A DNA stretch of 64,000 bases from Gaiellaceae bacterium (GTDB lineage Bacteria > Actinomycetota > Thermoleophilia > Gaiellales > Gaiellaceae). Under the pieces are notes generated by a model that was not told the origin of the DNA, searched no databases, and was given only the letters and a program-made list of their open reading frames with translations. The stretch is from contig DATCBP010000023.1 of the NCBI GenBank assembly GCA_036511815.1, forward strand, positions 4,001 to 68,000. The letters are read 5' to 3'. A program made the position numbers and the translations under genes. Shown here one piece after another: positions 62,654 through 64,000 of the stretch; within the stretch, counting starts at the first letter, position 1, and each line of letters opens with the position of its first letter.

Positions 62654-63433
62654 TTGATCCGGCTCGCGGCGATCGATCTCGACGGCACCCTCCTCCGCGG
62701 CGACGGAAGCGTCTCGACGCGCACGTGCAACGCGACTCGCGGCGCCGTCGCGGCCGGCCTCGAGGTCGTGATCGTGACGGCGCGCGGGCCGCTGACCGTC
62801 GGAGGCATCGCGATCGAGCTCGGGGTCCACGGCGAGGCGATCTGCAGCAACGGGGCGACCCTCCTCGACCTCGCGACACGTCGCATCTTACGGATGCGCA
62901 CGATCGAGACCGAGGTTGCGCTCCAGCTCGTGCACGCGTTGCGCGAGCGGCTGCCCGGAATCCTCTTCGCCGTCGAGCACGAACGCCTCGCGCACGAGTT
63001 CGGCTTCGCCGCCTGGGACTGGACGCCGCCGGACGACACGCGCGTCGGCGATGCGGTCGAGCTGCTCGCCGAGCCGGCGGCGAAGTTGATCCTCCGCCAC
63101 GTCGGCCACGAGGTCGAGACGATCGCGGCGGTCGCGAGAGAAGTCGCAGGTCAAACGGTCTCGGTTTCCCTGTCCGGGCCGTGGGTGGTCGAGATCTCCC
63201 CTGCGGGCGTCAACAAGGCCTCCGCGCTCGCGGAGCTCTGCGACGAGCTGGGCATCGCCGCCGCCGACGTGGTCGCGTTCGGAGATCACCTCAACGACGT
63301 GCCGATGCTGGCCTGGGCGGGCGTCGCCGTCGCCGTCGCAAACGCACACCCCGCCGTGATCGACATCGCCGACGAGGTCACCGCGTCGAACGATGACGAC
63401 GGCGTCGCGCTCGTGCTCGAACGGCTCGCGTAG
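62654..63433 (+). CDS. Cof-type HAD-IIB family hydrolase
   Basis: 259 aa, AIDLDGTLL motif I, VTARG, GDHLNDVPM motif IV. TTG start 3 nt after the pfk stop. Confidence 0.8.
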   Translation: MIRLAAIDLDGTLLRGDGSVSTRTCNATRGAVAAGLEVVIVTARGPLTVGGIAIELGVHGEAICSNGATLLDLATRRILRMRTIETEVALQLVHALRERLPGILFAVEHERLAHEFGFAAWDWTPPDDTRVGDAVELLAEPAAKLILRHVGHEVETIAAVAREVAGQTVSVSLSGPWVVEISPAGVNKASALAELCDELGIAAADVVAFGDHLNDVPMLAWAGVAVAVANAHPAVIDIADEVTASNDDDGVALVLERLA

Positions 63434-63485
63434 AGGCTCGAACATCATGACGTTCGACACAATCGCTCATTGTGTGAGAGCCTCT
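63432..63485. terminator. nested hairpin between convergent genes (possible bidirectional terminator)
   Basis: Outer stem AGAGGCTC/GAGCCTCT (63432-63439 / 63478-63485). Inner stem ACACAAT/ATTGTGT (63457-63463 / 63469-63475). Locally AT-rich. Confidence 0.4.
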
Positions 63486-63510
63486 CAGTACCGCTTCATC
63501 GCGGCGATCG

Positions 63511-64000
63511 TCACAGCTCGGCGAGCGGGAACGAGCGGTGCCGCCGCGGTGGCACGAGGAAGTTCTGGCGATGCGTCGTCGTCAGGATCGAGTTGAAGCC
63601 CTGCGCCCGCGTGCGCGGCGGCAACGACAGCTTCGTCCCGTCCGGGAGGACGCCGTCCATTCCGAGCCGGTTCCGCTCGAAGTCGTCGCTCGACGGGTTG
63701 AAGACGACGAAGTGCACGCCGGCGATCGGCTGCGTGCTCAGCTTGTCGAGCTTCGGATCCGCCGTCCACGCGAACGGGTTGTCGAGCGTGTTGAAGTCGG
63801 CGCGGTGCGGGATCGCGGTCCCCTTCGGATACATCGTCCCGTCGTCGCCGACGGTGTCTTGCTGGAGGCGCGAGCTCGCCTGGATCGACGCGCTGTGCCC
63901 GAAGCGGCCGGTCTCCTTGAACTGGCGCTCGAGCATCGTCACCGACGAGACGTCCTTCGGCCCCTGCGCGACCGTCTGCGTGTTCTGGCGCACATTCGTC
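63511..64000 (-). CDS. hypothetical protein, C-terminal part (5' end beyond the window)
   Basis: The open frame continues to the window edge. Coding-like composition (…HFVVFNPSSDDFERNRLGMDG…). Family not recognised. Confidence 0.5.
   Translation of the reverse strand, partial: TNVRQNTQTVAQGPKDVSSVTMLERQFKETGRFGHSASIQASSRLQQDTVGDDGTMYPKGTAIPHRADFNTLDNPFAWTADPKLDKLSTQPIAGVHFVVFNPSSDDFERNRLGMDGVLPDGTKLSLPPRTRAQGFNSILTTTHRQNFLVPPRRHRSFPLAEL

Noticed and set aside
1-64000. CRISPR arrays, rRNA genes, IS elements, prophage or toxin-antitoxin/defence modules
   Set aside because: Reading both strands, I recognised no regularly spaced repeats, rRNA-like conserved stretches, transposase/integrase motifs or defence-system signatures. 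Subtle or novel systems cannot be excluded without searches.

Overview
High-GC (Actinomycetota-like) chromosomal segment. It is densely coding, with about 70 CDS and one tRNA-Leu(CAA), and is strongly biased to the minus strand. I recognised no rRNA, CRISPR array, transposase, integrase or phage genes. Many long ORFs in the supplied track are Arg/Pro-rich shadow frames typical of high-GC DNA. I called genes from recognisable protein motifs, third-codon-position GC bias and start/stop context. The track prints M for GTG/TTG starts and takes the most upstream start, so several starts were moved inward.

The most unusual content is a ~17 kb, single-strand potassium-homeostasis supercluster (1449..18767):
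- hppA, then the kinase half of kdpD, then kdpE.
- An AT-rich direct-repeat operator, a 201-aa membrane protein and a 27-aa peptide, then kdpF-kdpA-kdpC-kdpB (non-canonical order).
- A separate kdpD N-terminal sensor gene and a membrane-anchored USP-like protein.
- A KimA-like APC transporter, a USP protein and a 56-aa membrane peptide.
- An APC::USP fusion followed by two trkA genes, with no trkH or ktrB.

The rest is mainly housekeeping:
- GCS2 ligase, GT4 glycosyltransferase, rex, a glutaredoxin-like gene and gdh.
- An S8 protease, then tsaD-rimI-tsaB-tsaE.
- A family-4 uracil-DNA glycosylase (UDG), greA and a threonine dehydratase-like gene.
- DUF2520-panC-panB.
- uvrA with a perfect SOS box inside a leaderless-type promoter; uvrB coupled to two GlsB/YeaQ stress proteins.
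- An M23 peptidase and an SLT lytic transglycosylase, coaE, rpsA, polA and a diheme cytochrome c.
- A liv-type ABC transporter, a phosphofructokinase and a HAD hydrolase.

A second locus worth attention is an MshEN-like (possible c-di-GMP receptor) coiled-coil protein directly upstream of an orphan type IV pilin. All functional calls are by-eye motif recognition; no database search was possible.
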